63,770 nt of DNA, filler included, from Octopus bimaculoides (GCF_001194135.2; 5 parts of 5 records of this genome joined end to end with filler, not necessarily neighbours in it), one strand, 5' to 3'; shown: positions 27,331 through 40,794, numbered from the whole stretch's first letter. Notes: generated by a model from the letters alone, not told the origin. A program made the numbers and translations.

Positions 27331-27782
27331 CTTCCACTCGGTGTTCAATCACTTGTCAAGATCGATATCTTTAATAGTAGTAAGGAAATGAAATCTAATT
27401 GCCATGTATACATGTAATTTCTATGTGCCAAGTCCAATATTCAGATATTAAAATGGTTAACATCATGGATACGCCTCCTCTTCGACAAAGACTCTGTTAT
27501 TAGCAACCAAATTATGGGGAATTAATTCTTCAATCTTAACTTTTATCCAATACACAATTGATGAGGGACTGATAGGTTTATAGGTTTTGTTTCACACCAA
27601 GAGGAAATAGTATTGTTGTTCGCGTTGTTGTTATTCATGTTGCTGTTATTTAGCAAAAGGTCGCCAGCCCCCGACTGGGCAGGCCTATGATCAAAGATAT
27701 TTCAGCTACGATCGACCCTTCTTTATAAAGGGACACAGAACTGACTAAAATATTTGAGTTAGGTCTATTCTTAAGGTGTTCC

Positions 27783-27972
27783 CTTCCACCATCGCTTGAC
27801 AACCGATGTTGGTGTGTTTACGTCCCCGTCACATAGCGGTTTGGGAAAAAAAACCCGATAGAATAAGTACTACGCTTACAAGGAATTAGTCCTGGGGTCG
27901 ATTTGTTCGATTAAAGGCGGTGCTCCAGCATGGCCACAGCGACATAACTGAAACAAGTAATAGAATAAAAGA
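27783..27972 (+). mobile_element. SINE family A 3' half
   Basis: CCACCATCGCTTGACAACCGATGTTGG...CTGGGGTCGATTTGTTCGATTAAAGGCGGTGCTCCAGCATGG. Confidence 0.9.
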
Positions 27973-28119
27973 ATATACACAAACTCACGTTTATACAGAC
28001 ACATATCTACGTGTGTGTGTGTGTGTATATATGTACATATATATACACACATATACATCGACGCATATCTACGTATGTGTGTGTGCATATACATATATAT
28101 ATATATGTGTGTGCGTGTG

Positions 28120-28195
<76 letters not shown>

Positions 28196-28281
28196 TCTAC
28201 GTGAGTATGTGTGTACATATATATATACAGACACACACACATATATATTGACATCTACGTGAGTAAGTGTGTACATATATG

Positions 28282-28317
<36 letters not shown>

Positions 28318-29089
28318 TATATGCAATTAAGACTACACAGTCTCCGAACACGATACCGTTGTGAGAAGGAAAATCCTAGAAGCAAACGAAATAAAACGGG
28401 GAATCGGGTTGTTAAAGAGTCTAACGATGGCAATGAAGACACTGGTGGTAGGCGGTGGTGGCGTCGGCGGGGCAGGGCGGCGGGGCAGCGACGGCAGTGT
28501 TAAGGGTTGCTATCGTTGTTAGGAGCGAAACGAGGGCGGCGACGGCAGAGTTTAAATAGACAAGCGTTGCAAAGATGGAGAATGATAGGTATGTAAGAAA
28601 ATTAGAATTCAGATACGTTTCTCGTATTCGACCGCCATTTTCCCTCTGATTCACCGTTTATTCTTTCACACTCTTTAACATCTGCTTATATATATGTGTG
28701 TGTGTGTGTGTTGTGTCTGCATCCATGCACACACATATGTATATATGTGTGTGTGTGTATGCTGGCCCCTAAGTTCCTTTGGTGGAATGCACAATGCTGC
28801 AAACTTGTTAGTCAGGTTTTCAGGATGATGAGGTCTTCGGCCCTCCCTCCCTCTCTCCCTAATCCCTCCAAATTCAGAGTCCCCAAAGAAATGTCTTCAG
28901 TACATCGCTTCCTCTTATGAGCTCACTATTAAAGATAATTTGTATATATTTCTCTGTCCGTCGTCTATCTGTCTGTCCGTCCATCCATCCATCCATCTGT
29001 CAGTCTGCCTGTGTTTCTGTCTGTCGGTCACCATATTTATGAACGTATATGCATATATGAGTGATATCTCAATATCTATAGCTTACTGG

Positions 29090-29127
<38 letters not shown>

Positions 29128-29171
29128 GCGCGCGCTCTCTCTGTGTATGTATGTATCTTTTCTACTCATAT

Positions 29172-29379
29172 AGGCACGCGATTGCGGCCATGCTGGGGCA
29201 TCGTCTTGGAGAATTTTAGTAGAACGAATCGACTTATTTTTATCTTAAGCCTGGTTCTTATTCCATAGGTTTTCTTTTGCCGAACCGTTAAGTTACGGAG
29301 TCGTAAACATAACATAGGTTATTAAGCCGTGATGGGGCGACAAACACAGACAAATACAGTCACTCACACACACACATAA

Positions 29380-29428
<49 letters not shown>

Positions 29429-29572
29429 CATGACTGGCTTCTTACAGTTTCTGTCAACCAAATCCACTCAAAAAGCTTTGCTCAGCTCAGCTCGGGGCTA
29501 TAGTAGAAGACACTTACCCACGCAGAGGGACAGAACCCGGAACCATGTGGTTGGGAAGCAAACTCCTTACAC
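29172..29572 (-). mobile_element. SINE family A with internal (CA)/(TG) tract
   Basis: Reverse complement of the tail (29172-29350) and of the head (29430-29572). Confidence 0.8.
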
Positions 29573-30308
29573 CTCTATCTATCTATTTATCTCTCTATCT
29601 GTCTATCCATCTGTCTAACTACCTCTCTCTCTCTCTCTATCTAACTATTTCTCTGTCTGTCTGTCTGTCTGTCTATATTCTCTTTTATATATTTCTAGTA
29701 TGGTATCTATACAGCTAGCTGTTCGTGTGTTATATGCATTTAGAAAGAAAAAACTGAAGCTCGCTCGCAGACTCAAAAATTAACACACACGTGTGCTCAC
29801 ACACACACAAACACACACACACTTACGTGAACTCACAAACATGCGCGCATACACACACACAAACACACAGAAAACATTGTGAAGCAGGTACATGAATTGC
29901 AGTGCTTCACACACTCACACACATTGACACGTAAAAAAACTCCTCTTCCCCCCACTCCTGTTTCCCTCCACATCTACACCACCACCCTGAAGTACACGAC
30001 CATGCAGACAGAAATATTAAAGAAAGCAGTAAAATACTCGAAAGTGTAATATTGGCAACGGTAGCAGCTGAGACCGAATGCATTGCTGTCGTTGCCATCT
30101 GCACATCAGTGTGCATCAATCACAGAATGATACGTACAAATAGATTCCCACTTTCACAATCACCAAAATGTGACAAGTTCTCAGTGTAAATTCTTGTGTG
30201 AACTTCAGAGAATTTTCTAGCAATCATTGAACCACCTGATATTTATGGCCGATTGTGTTTTACGAAAGCAAACAGGGACCGCCTGCTAGAAAGAGATACC
30301 AAATATTC

Positions 30309-30408
30309 NNNNNNNNNNNNNNNNNNNNNNNNNNNNNNNNNNNNNNNNNNNNTTAATTAATTAANNNNNNNNNNNNNNNNNNNNNNNNNNNNNNNNNNNN
30401 NNNNNNNN
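30309..30408. other. Artificial 100-bp scaffold spacer N44-TTAATTAATTAA-N44
   Basis: Identical 44+12+44 structure at four places; the 12-mer has stop codons in all six frames. Confidence 0.95.
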
Positions 30409-30471
<63 letters not shown>

Positions 30472-30783
30472 CCCCAAAGCTTTACAACAGGTGCTGGTGT
30501 ATTTATATAGCCATAACTTATCGGTTCGGTAAAAGTTACCGATACATAAGTGCAGGGTTTAAAAAAAACAAATTAATAGTGTCGATTATTCAACTAAAAA
30601 TTCTTCAAGGTGGGGCTCCAGCTTGGCCTCAGTCCAATGAGAGAAACAAATGATATATATATTGCCTCTCTTAGGTACATCTCATTGACAAGTCAAAAAA
30701 CTCGAAACATCGATGTCTGGGATTCCTAACAGACGGCAACACTGAACGAACTGAGTGGTTTTATATCTTTTTACCATATGAAA

Positions 30784-31162
30784 GGAGGCGCAATGGGCTA
30801 GTGATTAGGGCAGCGGACTCGCGGTCATAGGATCGCGGTTTCGATTCCCAGACCGGGCGTTGTGAGTGTTTATTGGGCGAAAACACCTAAAGCTCCACGA
30901 AGCTCCACGAAGCTCCGGCGGGGGATGGTGGTGAACCCTGCTGTACTCTTTCACCACACCTATTTCTCACTCTTCCTGTTTCTGTTGTGCCTGTAATTCA
31001 AAGGTTCAGCCTTGTCACGCTGAATGTCCCCGAGAACTACGTTAAGGGTACACGTGTCTGTGGAGTGCTCAGCCACTTGCACATTAATTTCACGAGCAGG
31101 CTGTTCCGTTGATCGGATCAACTGGAACCCTCGACGTCGTAAGCGACGGAGTGCCAGCAACA
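30784..31162 (+). mobile_element. tRNA-derived SINE family C, full length with TSD
   Basis: tRNA-like head GGAGGCGCAATGGGCTAGTGATTAG...GGTTTCGATTCCC and short CAA tail. 11-bp TSD with one mismatch: ACCATATGAAA (30773-30783) / ACCATATGAGA (31163-31173). Confidence 0.9.
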
Positions 31163-31201
31163 ACCATATGAGAGGGGATTTCAGATGAAATAAGTGTGTG
31201 T

Positions 31202-31246
<45 letters not shown>

Positions 31247-31637
31247 GTCAGACAGACAGACAGACGAGCAAATACATGTCAATGGTAGCGTGGTGCAGCA
31301 GATGGTAGTGCTTAATATTCAACAGATGGCCGTTCTAGTAGTCAGCTCTTCTAGTCAGCCAAGATGTCTACAACACACCATACACACGATTGGAAATTTG
31401 GTACAAGAGGTTAAAAAAGAAACGTACCACAATGCCTGAAAAGTGTTTGCCGAGGTAGTTTTATGTAGAAGAAGGAATGCTAAAGTAGAGTGTTCGGCGA
31501 TAATGAGATGTTAAAACAATTTCAATTTCATCTAAGTATTTGTTTACTCTGAGCATTTGTATTTATTAACTAACCTCATTACGTGACTTCACTTAAAGAG
31601 CTTCATGTTTTTTTCATATGACAATAATAATAATAAT

Positions 31638-31850
31638 CTTTTCTACTAAAGGCACAAGGCCTGAAGTTTATGTGAAGAGGGATAATTGATTACATCGACC
31701 CCAGTGCTCAACCGCTACTTATTTTAACGACCCCGAAACGATGACAAGCAAAGTCGACCTCAGCGGACTTTCAACCCAGAATGTAAAGACGGGGACCCTA
31801 CTCCTAAGGCACTTTGTCGGGCGTGCCAACGATTCTGCCAGCTCACCGCC
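31638..31850 (-). mobile_element. SINE family B
   Basis: Full-length match to 36134-36353. Confidence 0.85.
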
Positions 31851-31861
31851 TAAATAATAAT

Positions 31862-31994
31862 AGGAGACCCCCTTCGGTCATGAATGACCATGGGATTGCA
31901 CTTAGAAAGTTAACCTCCGAGGCACAATTCAGGGCAAGGTTGTTTGTGGAAAGCCAGCAGTTGCCCATGCATGCCAGCCTCCCCTCTCTGCACG
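31862..31994 (-). mobile_element. SINE family D 3' part
   Basis: GGAGACCCCCTTCGGTCATGAATGACCATGGG...; overlaps the 1183-1256 fragment in sequence and abuts an (AAT)n tail. Confidence 0.65.
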
Positions 31995-33032
31995 ACTAAT
32001 GTATTTGTCCTCATGCCTCTCAGCTTTGCCCACCAAACAACCTCTTTCGCCACAGCCACCAGGCAAAGGAAAGCTGCTTTGCCTGCTCGATTCAAAGAGG
32101 GCGGCGTTGCGACCATCACTACAGACTCGGCCGACTGACGGATCCGTCCCATACCTGACAGCAGCTGTTCAACATAACCTCACAAGTCAGCAATGCCTGG
32201 ACACTGAACGAGGGCCAGTCTGCGCGCACCACGGACAAGTCCGTCTGACAGCACATCCGTGCTTTTAGAGCTTATCTCGAACCGGTAGCACTGCCAGGCC
32301 AAAGACATCTGGAAATTATCTATGAGAGTTTCCGACCGAAAAGTCCTCCAGAACAGACCAGCTAGTTCATTCTTTTCGGTGCCCAGAGTCTCCCCGAGAA
32401 CGTCATCGCACTTTCCCGCCACTAATCCTCTATAAATTTCTAAAGCGAAACATCCACTGATCCCATTGCTCGACTGGTAGAGGGATGTGAGCACCTGACG
32501 ACATTCTAGGTGCCAGGCGCCCAGTCTCGGTCTTTTCTTCACAGGGGGACTGCATCTCCGTCAAAGAGACGAGCTGCGGAAAGACGAACCTCACAGACGG
32601 AGCCCACACATGCTCATCGTTCAGAAGTCGTTGCAGGTGGCGTAACCTAGGAGCGTGTCTACGCATTAGGAGCCACAGTGTGCCTAATTCACCTTTCAGA
32701 GGATGCTGGAAACAGACTGACCATCTATCTGACCATTGGAACACGTCCTTTCCACAAGAATTTAAATAAGAGACACTCCAGCTTGGTCAAGCAGTAACCG
32801 GGACAAGGCATGACGGTAAGGCAATAAATGATAACGGAGACGATGTAAGCATTCGCCAACTCTGCCCGACCCTTCAGGGACAGTTTCCTCTCAGCCCATT
32901 TCTGAGTAAGACTGACCACCCTGTTCGCCACCTTGTCCTAGTTCTTATCAACCTGGTGGTCGGGACCAAACCAAACCCCGGAGGTCGGCATCAAGCCAGG
33001 TCCAGCGACTGACGACGCCGACCGATGGCATC
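31995..33032 (-). mobile_element. Tx1/L1-clade LINE ORF2 C-terminal fragment (post-RT region), degenerate
   Basis: Frameshifted translation: GVWFGPDHQVDKN*DKVANRV..KWAERKLSLKGRAEL..FLWKGRVPMVR, QHPLKG, DNFQMSLAWQCYR, CPWC, FLCLVAVAKEVVWW. This pattern is typical of the Tx1-like ORF2 region after the RT domain. Confidence 0.85.
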
Positions 33033-33253
33033 AATAATAATAATAGTGTCGAGGATTATATGAAATGCTTCATATAGGAACAAGACTTCTGCATAAATAT
33101 AAAACTATAAATAAACTAAAATAAATCTATCTTAGAATAAACACACATGCTATGTAACTACCAACACATCTAAAAACTGTAAATGTGTGCGTGTGTGTGC
33201 GCGCATATATACACATGCATGCACACGCTCGCATACATACACTCAGATACACG

Positions 33254-33323
<70 letters not shown>

Positions 33324-33635
33324 TTCTCTCACAAATATACACACACACATACACACGCATTCAGAAAGAAAGGTTGGCAGTGGCTTCGAAGTTTTGGTTC
33401 AAACGAGTCAAATTACATTGCTTATTGTTTTGTATAGCCATGCGAAAACACGTACCAGAAAAAGAGAACCTGTATGTTGTCGCTTTACCTACAGAAATAA
33501 CAGCCAAATATCCCTAAAGTCATACCCATTCTTCACTCTCCTAGAGAAGGTCACATTGGATACATGAAAACGATAGGATAGTCACGGTTGAAATATTTGT
33601 GATCGACAGGTTTAACTATATCCACAGCAATAGTC

Positions 33636-33777
33636 ATTTCTACAATAGGCACGCGGCCTGGATTTTGTGGGGAGTGGGGTCAGTCGATCACATCGACCCA
33701 CCCCAATGCTCAACTGCTACTTAATTTATCGACCCCGAAAGGATGAAAGACAAAGTTGACCTCGGCGGAATTTGAAA
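33636..33777 (-). mobile_element. SINE family B 3' part
   Basis: GACCCCGAAAGGATGAAAGACAAAGTTGACCTCGGCGGAATTTGAA. Confidence 0.8.
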
Positions 33778-33846
33778 ATAGCCACAACAATAATAACATA
33801 CAAAAAGCAGATTGTGTCATTTGCCGAGATTTATTAGGGTTCATAA

Positions 33847-33982
33847 ATGGCTGAGTAGTTAAGAAGCTCGCTTTACAACCACATGGTTTGGCGAGGGGCG
33901 TGATTTGCTTAACTAAACCCTTTAAGGCAGTGCCCCAGCATGGGCTCGGTTCTGTGACTGAAACAAGTAAAAAATAAAAGAC
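33847..33982 (+). mobile_element. SINE family A, head fused to tail
   Basis: GTAGTTAAGAAGCTCGC...CCACATGG, then GGCAGTGCCCCAGCATGG...GACTGAAACAAGTAAAAA. Confidence 0.65.
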
Positions 33983-34679
33983 ATGTTATAAGACGTAATT
34001 AACAACACCACCAACAACAGCAGACATGACTGGAAATGCTTGCCAAATTTCTGTATGGTCTATTTACTTAAAGGTAACGTAAAACTTCCTGAAAGATAAG
34101 CAAAACCAATTTATTTGTTCACCTGTTTTCGATTATTTAAATGAAATCTAGAATATATAAACGACGACAATGAAATTTACAATTTACTTGTATTTCTTTA
34201 TCTCAATAGTTGACTTGGATCTCGTTTAAGTGTCAAATCAATCATTTACATCGTATTTCATTTCCTTTTTTTTTTATTTTAGAATTTATATTATCTTTAT
34301 TATATTATCTTTATTATATTATCTTTCATACTCTTTCTTTTTGCTCGTTTTAGAAATGAAGATTTATTGGCGGAATGTTTCCAAGTAAACTGCGAAAACA
34401 ATGCAAGTAATGTTCGTTGTTGGTCCAAACTGTTCACTGGACAATGCGCGTAAGTTGTCTGAAAATGTTACTACCGAAAGGGAGTGTAGTTTTAATGTAT
34501 ATAAATACATATATGAGTAAAAAATTTGTGTCATTTTCCACCCCTAAAAATTATAAATGCGATTTTTGCAACATGATCATGCAAGAAATTCGCGTGTGCG
34601 TGCGTGTGTATGTGTATTTTATATATACTTATACAAACATATATATATATATAGATATATATATATATATATATATATA

Positions 34680-34713
<34 letters not shown>

Positions 34714-35254
34714 ATGTATGTATGTATGTATTCACTTACACGTATAGATAGATATAGCTACATGCATATATACATGATCTATCTATCTATCTATCCATCT
34801 ACATCAACCTAATTCCTTTTGAAAAATGTGTGTGTGTGTGTGCGTGTGCGTGTGCGTGTGTGTGTGTGTGTGTGGGGGGTGTTTAAAATGCGCCTTCCAC
34901 GAACTAGACCACCTTCCAAACAACAGCCGATCGTTGTGAGACCCTTGCAAAACGGGTTTCCTAACGATTTTGCGGAAAACTACTTTCCTCTGCTTCTCAA
35001 ACATAGGGCCACTGTGAGCAGTAATCCCGTGGAAAATGTCTTAACATTTTCTAAATGTATTGCATGCAACTCCCTACTGCACACATTGGGTAAATCTGCA
35101 AAATTATCTCTTTCCCGTTCACCAGGCTCACCAGTAGGTGCACATTAAGTGCGAAACGATCTTACGTTGATCGAGCTAGCAAGTCCATCTTCAACAAATG
35201 TCCTTTCTGTTACCCACAAACTGCATCTAAGACAAAGCCCTATTTTCGGCTAAC

Positions 35255-35470
<216 letters not shown>

Positions 35471-35481
35471 CGCTCTGCACG

Positions 35482-35880
35482 AGCGTATATCCAGATCTTT
35501 AGAGTCGCATTAGTGTACCCTGTCACCAAGAAGAGCAATCCCTCTGAACCCATCAATTATAAACTCGTCAACTTCAACTCCCAAAGGTACTATCTTCAAC
35601 ACCTTGAATTCCCCTACTGAGGGGTCACTTGTACATCTTCTGCGAAACAAAGTCTGATGAAGGCTTGCTTCCCTATGTCACTCACCAGCAAACTCTCATT
35701 CTTGAGAAATTTGCTTAGGACAGTGTTGTCACTTTTCATATCATTAATAAATTCAGTTGCGTCCTGCATATAAATTTCATGTAAAAACTGCCTGCTTATG
35801 ATTTCAATCCTTTTCTCACCTCTTGAATCAGAGGCATCAGAGATTACGTTCATATTTTCTTTTCCAGTGATACATCAGAA
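35482..35880 (+). mobile_element. CR1/Jockey-like LINE reverse-transcriptase fragment, degenerate
   Basis: Translation across frameshifts gives YPDL*..VYPVTKKSNPSEPINYK (cf. VxPxPKKGDxSNPxNYRP) and YVTHQ..VVTFHIINKF..KLPAYDF (cf. VALDISKAF..KLPSYG). Confidence 0.65.
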
Positions 35881-36133
35881 AAAGAGGAGTGAATCTAATG
35901 CGATTGAGAAAGAAAATTTTAATACTTGATTCACAAGAGAGTTTACTGAGTTCCACCCGACTAAGCATGACAATCAGCGATAAAAAAAATACTAAAACGT
36001 CAATAAATTCCAAGTCTCGGATGTTTACCAGAAGAAGTTTAATAAACAATAGATATGAGTAAAAAATGAAAAATAAAAAATGTAGATCGTCATTAAAATT
36101 ATAGTATTGTGTTTTGTGTTTCCGACAAATATA

Positions 36134-36353
36134 GCCTTTTCTACTCTAGGCACAAGGCCCGAAATTTGTGGGGAGGGAGCCAGTCGATTAGATCGACACC
36201 AGCATGCAACTGGTACTTATTTAATCGAACCCGAAAGGATGAAAGGCAAAGTCAACCTCGGCGGAATTTGAACTCAGAACGTAAAAGCAGACGAAATACC
36301 GCTAAGCATTTCGCCCGGCTTGCTAACGATTCTGCAAGTTCGCCGCCGCCTTT
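36134..36353 (-). mobile_element. SINE family B, full length with TSD
   Basis: Flanked by the 11-bp direct repeat CGACAAATATA (36123-36133 and 36354-36364). Confidence 0.9.
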
Positions 36354-36366
36354 CGACAAATATAAC

Positions 36367-36605
36367 GGATCTTGTTCAAAACGGGGGCACCAGTATTTTC
36401 TTAACGAAACAATTTGAAACTTGGGACACTGGTAGAATGTGTCATATAAAACATCTATTTCTCTTAGTCTTCTTAACAAAAAAAACCTACATCGCAAGTT
36501 ATTTCATGTTAAAGTTGTCGTATTTCTGTAATTTCAACCAATGACTGACGTCCATTCAGCCGAATAACAGTAAGTGCTGACTACGTAAACAAACGACTGT
36601 CAAAC
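36367..36605 (+). mobile_element. Merlin-type MITE, left half only
   Basis: Starts GGATCTTGTTCAAAACGGGGGCACCAG, near-identical to the start of 49998-50594. Confidence 0.8.
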
Positions 36606-36737
36606 ATCTACAGTTCAGAGGCCATCGAGCTTATTTACATATACATGCATGTGTACATACATGCATGCGTGCACACGCGCGCACACACGCACACGCACAC
36701 ACACACACACACATAGACACATACATACATACATACA

Positions 36738-36771
<34 letters not shown>

Positions 36772-37462
36772 CATACATACATACATACATACATACATGT
36801 GATCGCACCATCTTCACAGACGATTGCTGTCACCTTGTACTTCCTCATTGTCAATAACGATTTCTGACATTCCGTCCATGACTTCTCAGAGGACTATTCA
36901 GTCCCATTGCAGCTCTGCACGATTTGAAGGATATGTGACCGACGAAATTTGTAACTTATTGATTGTACAGTTACAACTGGTTTGATCGCTATTTTTCCAT
37001 TGCCATAGAACTTTAGAGGATGGAGTGACGAATGAGGTCACCATAAAGTGAAATTGAATTATAGTGATTAAACACTTGTACAACATGAATACCACTCTCT
37101 GAGTCACCGTGAGCAGAAGCTAATAACAGAAGGAAGGGCGATGGCTAGCAATCACATGAAACTGTAGGTTTAACATCAGAGTGTCTCACTCATAGAAGGA
37201 TGCTGTGACTTTAAACTGCATTCAGTAGTTGGATTCTTGTTCGGGACTATCAGGGTTTTGAGAGGAATGAAACCACGTTTCAGACACTATTATTCGCAGG
37301 TCTAATCTGACGCGGAATAGTGGCAGCTGCTGGGGTCCAATCTATGGATTAACTAGCGTATGTGATGACAATCCATCTGAGCGCGGAGACACAGAAATAC
37401 CTTTGGTTGGTGTTAGGGTATGCAGTTAAACACACACGCATCTACATACATACATACATACA

Positions 37463-37489
<27 letters not shown>

Positions 37490-37493
<4 letters not shown>

Positions 37494-37680
37494 CCACATC
37501 ATAAGTAGTTGTCTGAAAATGTCATCACGGTATTATCTACCGATGAGACATGATGCTGTAGCTAGGACACTCTGTAATGAAATCCGTCGGAAAGATAACC
37601 TCGAGGACAAAGAAATAAGAACCCACAGTATGGTAGAAGCCATAGCCACTCATAATAAAAGGAAGTACTGGTGTAATAAA
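37490..37680 (+). mobile_element. R4/Dong-like RLE LINE fragment (copy 1)
   Basis: HIISSCLKMSSRYYLPMRHDAVAR..., nearly identical to the copy at 41850-42850; starts directly after (TACA)n. Confidence 0.85.
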
Positions 37681-38316
37681 AAAAAACACTTAAGGGATAT
37701 TAAATATCCGAAGAACTTACTGGTTTTTATTACCTATATCAATAACAATGTTATTCCAATAGGTAACTAAATAAAAAATAAACATACATATAAATATAGA
37801 TAAGAAATGGAAAACAAAACAATAAATTGAACAATTATAAATTCAACTCAATTTAAATATTTNNNNNNNNNNNNNNNNNNNNNNNNNNNNNNNNNNNNNN
37901 NNNNNNNNNNNNNNNNNNNNNNNNNNNNNNNNNNNNNNNNNNNNNNNNNNNNNNNNNNNNNNNNNNNNNNNNNNNNNNNNNNNNNNNNNNNNNNNNNNNN
38001 NNNNNNNNNNNNNNNNNNNNNNNNNNNNNNNNNNNNNNNNNNNNNNNNNNNNNNNNNNNNNNNNNNNNNNNNNNNNNNNNNNNNNNNNNNNNNNNNNNNN
38101 NNNNNNNNNNNNNNNNNNNNNNNNNNNNNNNNNNNNNNNNNNNNNNNNNNNNNNNNNNNNNNNNNNNNNNNNNNNNNNNNNNNNNNNNNNNNNNNNNNNN
38201 NNNNNNNNNNNNNNNNNNNNNNNNNNNNNNNNNNNNNNNNNNNNNNNNNNNNNNNNNNNNNNNNNNNNNNNNNNNNNNNNNNNNNNNNNNNNNNNNNNNN
38301 NNNNNNNNNNNNNNNN

Positions 38317-38356
<40 letters not shown>

Positions 38357-38548
38357 TTGATACCCCACCATCGCTTGACAACCGATGTTGGTGTGTTTAC
38401 GTACCCGTAACATAGCGGATCGGCCAAAGAGATCGACAGAATAAGTACTAGGCTTACAAAGAATAAGTCCTGGGGTCGATTTGTTCGACTAAAGGCCGTG
38501 CTCCAGCATGGCTGTAGTCAAATGACTGAAACAAATAAAAAAATAAAA
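38357..38548 (+). mobile_element. SINE family A 3' half
   Basis: Matches 27783-27972. Confidence 0.9.
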
Positions 38549-38549
38549 G

Positions 38550-38750
38550 AATATCTAGATATGCAACTATATTCATGAGAATACATACACACATACATAC
38601 ATACATACATACATACATACATACATACATACATACATACAAAAATACCCTGTTGTTGATGTTGTAATTCCAATGAAGAAACCTTGGATTTAGCTTAGAA
38701 ACCGGCTCTTTCTCTATTGGCAAGAAATCTTGAAATAAAACTGAACAATG
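38550..38750 (+). mobile_element. R4/Dong-like LINE 3' UTR (copy 2)
   Basis: ATATCTAGATATGCAACTATAT matches the post-stop sequence at 42805-42825. GAAACCGGCTC is shared with the 3' UTR at 41770. Followed by (CATA)n. Confidence 0.7.
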
Positions 38751-38814
38751 ACATACATACATACGTACGTACGTACGTACATACATACAGACAGACGTAC
38801 ATACGTACGTAGAG

Positions 38815-38985
38815 ACACGCATACAATCTGTAAGTGGAACAGTAAAACTGTGCAAGACTTTCCACAAGTTTAATATGTGACATTGTACTTATCAACATTC
38901 CAGGGATGGAGCTTTGTATCTTTGTTAAAATCTAGCTCCTTCCTCAGAGGAAGAATTTAAATATTTAAAAACAGAAGAGAACATA
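38815..38985 (+). mobile_element. R4/Dong-like LINE extreme 3' end (copy 3)
   Basis: IQSVSGTVKLCKTFHKFNM* (cf. IQSITGTVKICKTFWKFII* at 42740-42792) plus a 3' UTR homologous to 41715-41825. Confidence 0.8.
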
Positions 38986-39044
38986 TATAGACACATATAT
39001 CTAGATAAATAAACAGGTGTATGTGTATACATACATACATACAT

Positions 39045-40747
39045 ACAAGCATACAAGCACCTGGGGTTACCAACAAAGAGAGGGTGACCCGAGAATATTA
39101 CGCCAGACTTAGAAAAATATAGCTGTTGGAGTACTCCTTTTACAACATGCGGTTCTGATACCATCATTTGGGATATTTGACTGACATGCAGAGGAAATTC
39201 ACTCCATAGACATTAAGACCCGCTAGATCTTGACATCACCTGGGAACTTCCATAGAGACAGTGATGAAGAAGAGGCTAAGGAGGAAGAGTCTTAAGGTCA
39301 GTGAAGCCAGTCTTCGAATGTCGTACAGTATCTCTCAGACAACACCTGCAAAAATAAATATATGAACCTATTCCTGAAAAGCAAAGGAAACAACAGTCTA
39401 CGTATTGGCAGTGAGCTCCTCGGGGAATACTCTGTTCCTAGAGACCTTCCGTACAACCACAAAGCAGTTGGACTAACATACTTCAAAGCAATTAGACTAA
39501 TATACCCCAAAGAAAACATGTTTGAGAAGCATTCAACAAACCGAAAATTGACTCTGCTTGATTATATTTTCCGAATACTTGATGATGACTGTTATATATT
39601 CTTTTGTTCTTTGTGGGATAATAAACAACTCACTGAAGGCATGTTATATTTCTACGTGTTTACTTTATTTGACATGTTTACAAACAGTGTCTATAGCGGA
39701 GTGATACACGCTGTGCGTATCTGCCTTAAACACAGTTCATACTGCTTAGTAGATGCGCTTAACGAAATAGTACTACTAGTGAAGATGTATTCATATATAC
39801 GTATACCTATGCATGCACATAGATATGAACATATCACAATGACATTGATATCAACATGAAGTACAACCTCTCTTGGACTCGCGACCGCTACATCACATCA
39901 CGCGTCGAGATAATGAAAGATTAGGAGATTGCTACAAAATACCCATTAAACAAAAGAGTTATTGGAGCCATTAAAGCCCTAAAGTGTAACCAGAAATGTC
40001 AATTATGTCATATTTCTATTGAAGACTTTCACATTACACTTGTGGTCAGTAGCTGCACAGAATGCCATCAAGATATTACCTTCGAATACAACATGACGTT
40101 GTCGCTAAAACAATTTACAACACTGCCATGAGATAAATGCAGAAAATCGTCCTGCTATTGAATACATATATAGGTTTGGCCAAAAATCACCTGAAAGTAA
40201 ATCAAAACCATTTAATTCCAAGATTTATTTATGTTTAACATCTGAATGAATTTAATAAAAGCATCTAAATATGAGACATGATGCAAATTGTTCAAACTGA
40301 AGTCCTTTTTGAGTGACACATTTTTTCCATTCGAGTCAATACAGAATTATAGATAGTATCTATGGAATTTTGATTTACTGTAGGGTGATTTTGGGCCAAC
40401 CCTATATAAACAGCAACACAAGAAACGTTGGCGGAAAATTCCCATCAAAACTACGAAGGCTTGAGACAGACAAAAAAACGTATGTGACGTCAAAGATGTC
40501 AAGTACTCTGCTGATGTGAATATCTCCTCGAGAATTAAAGAGATAGAGGAGAACTTCGGACAACTGTTTTGAAACCTGTTTATATACTGAGATCATAAAT
40601 TCACGTTTATACCAATACAATCTGTAAGCGGAACTGCAAAAGTATACAATGTTTTCTCGAGTAAATACAACATATAACATTGCTTTTGTTATCTACATTC
40701 CACTGATGGAGTTTTAGACACCAGCACCTTCCTTACTAGAAAACGTT

Positions 40748-40750
<3 letters not shown>
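39045..40750 (+). mobile_element. R4/Dong-like LINE, ~1.7-kb degenerate copy with internal insertions (copy 4)
   Basis: Colinear decayed motifs: YKHLG, NKERVTREYYARLRK, EEIHSIDIKTR, GNFHRDSD, LSWTRDRYITS, KCNQKCQLC, KIPIKTT, ADVNIS, QSVSGTAKV, then the 3' UTR. Confidence 0.8.
40167..40407. mobile_element. Tc1/mariner-type MITE (~240 bp) inserted into Dong copy 4
   Basis: TIRs TATAGGTTTGGCCAAAAATCACC / GGTGATTTTGGGCCAACCCTATA, extended by GTAAATCAAAA / TTTTGATTTAC. TA-rich ends. The two flanks rejoin to match the uninterrupted Dong sequence at ~41310-41345. Confidence 0.85.
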
Positions 40751-40793
<43 letters not shown>

Positions 40794-40794
40794 A

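Noticed and set aside
27990-28320. CRISPR-like repeat/spacer pattern (recurring CATCTACGTG)
   Set aside because: The intervening sequence is (CA)/(TA) microsatellite with irregular spacing. It is a degenerate minisatellite in eukaryotic DNA with no cas genes.
30784-30860. tRNA gene calls for the SINE heads (also 881, 8293, 48268, 58150)
   Set aside because: A and B boxes are present, but there is no complete cloverleaf, and the heads continue into SINE bodies with tails and TSDs.
31980-33035. Tx1 fragment nested inside one SINE D copy
   Set aside because: The apparent SINE continuation at ~33012-33032 translates in register as Tx1 sequence (MPS..VVSRWT), so the resemblance is probably chance. 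No TSD was found.
35614-36049. Two protein-like minus-strand ORFs, one with a signal-peptide-like start
   Set aside because: The region is better explained as the antisense shadow of a decayed LINE RT on the plus strand, and there are no consistent splice signals.
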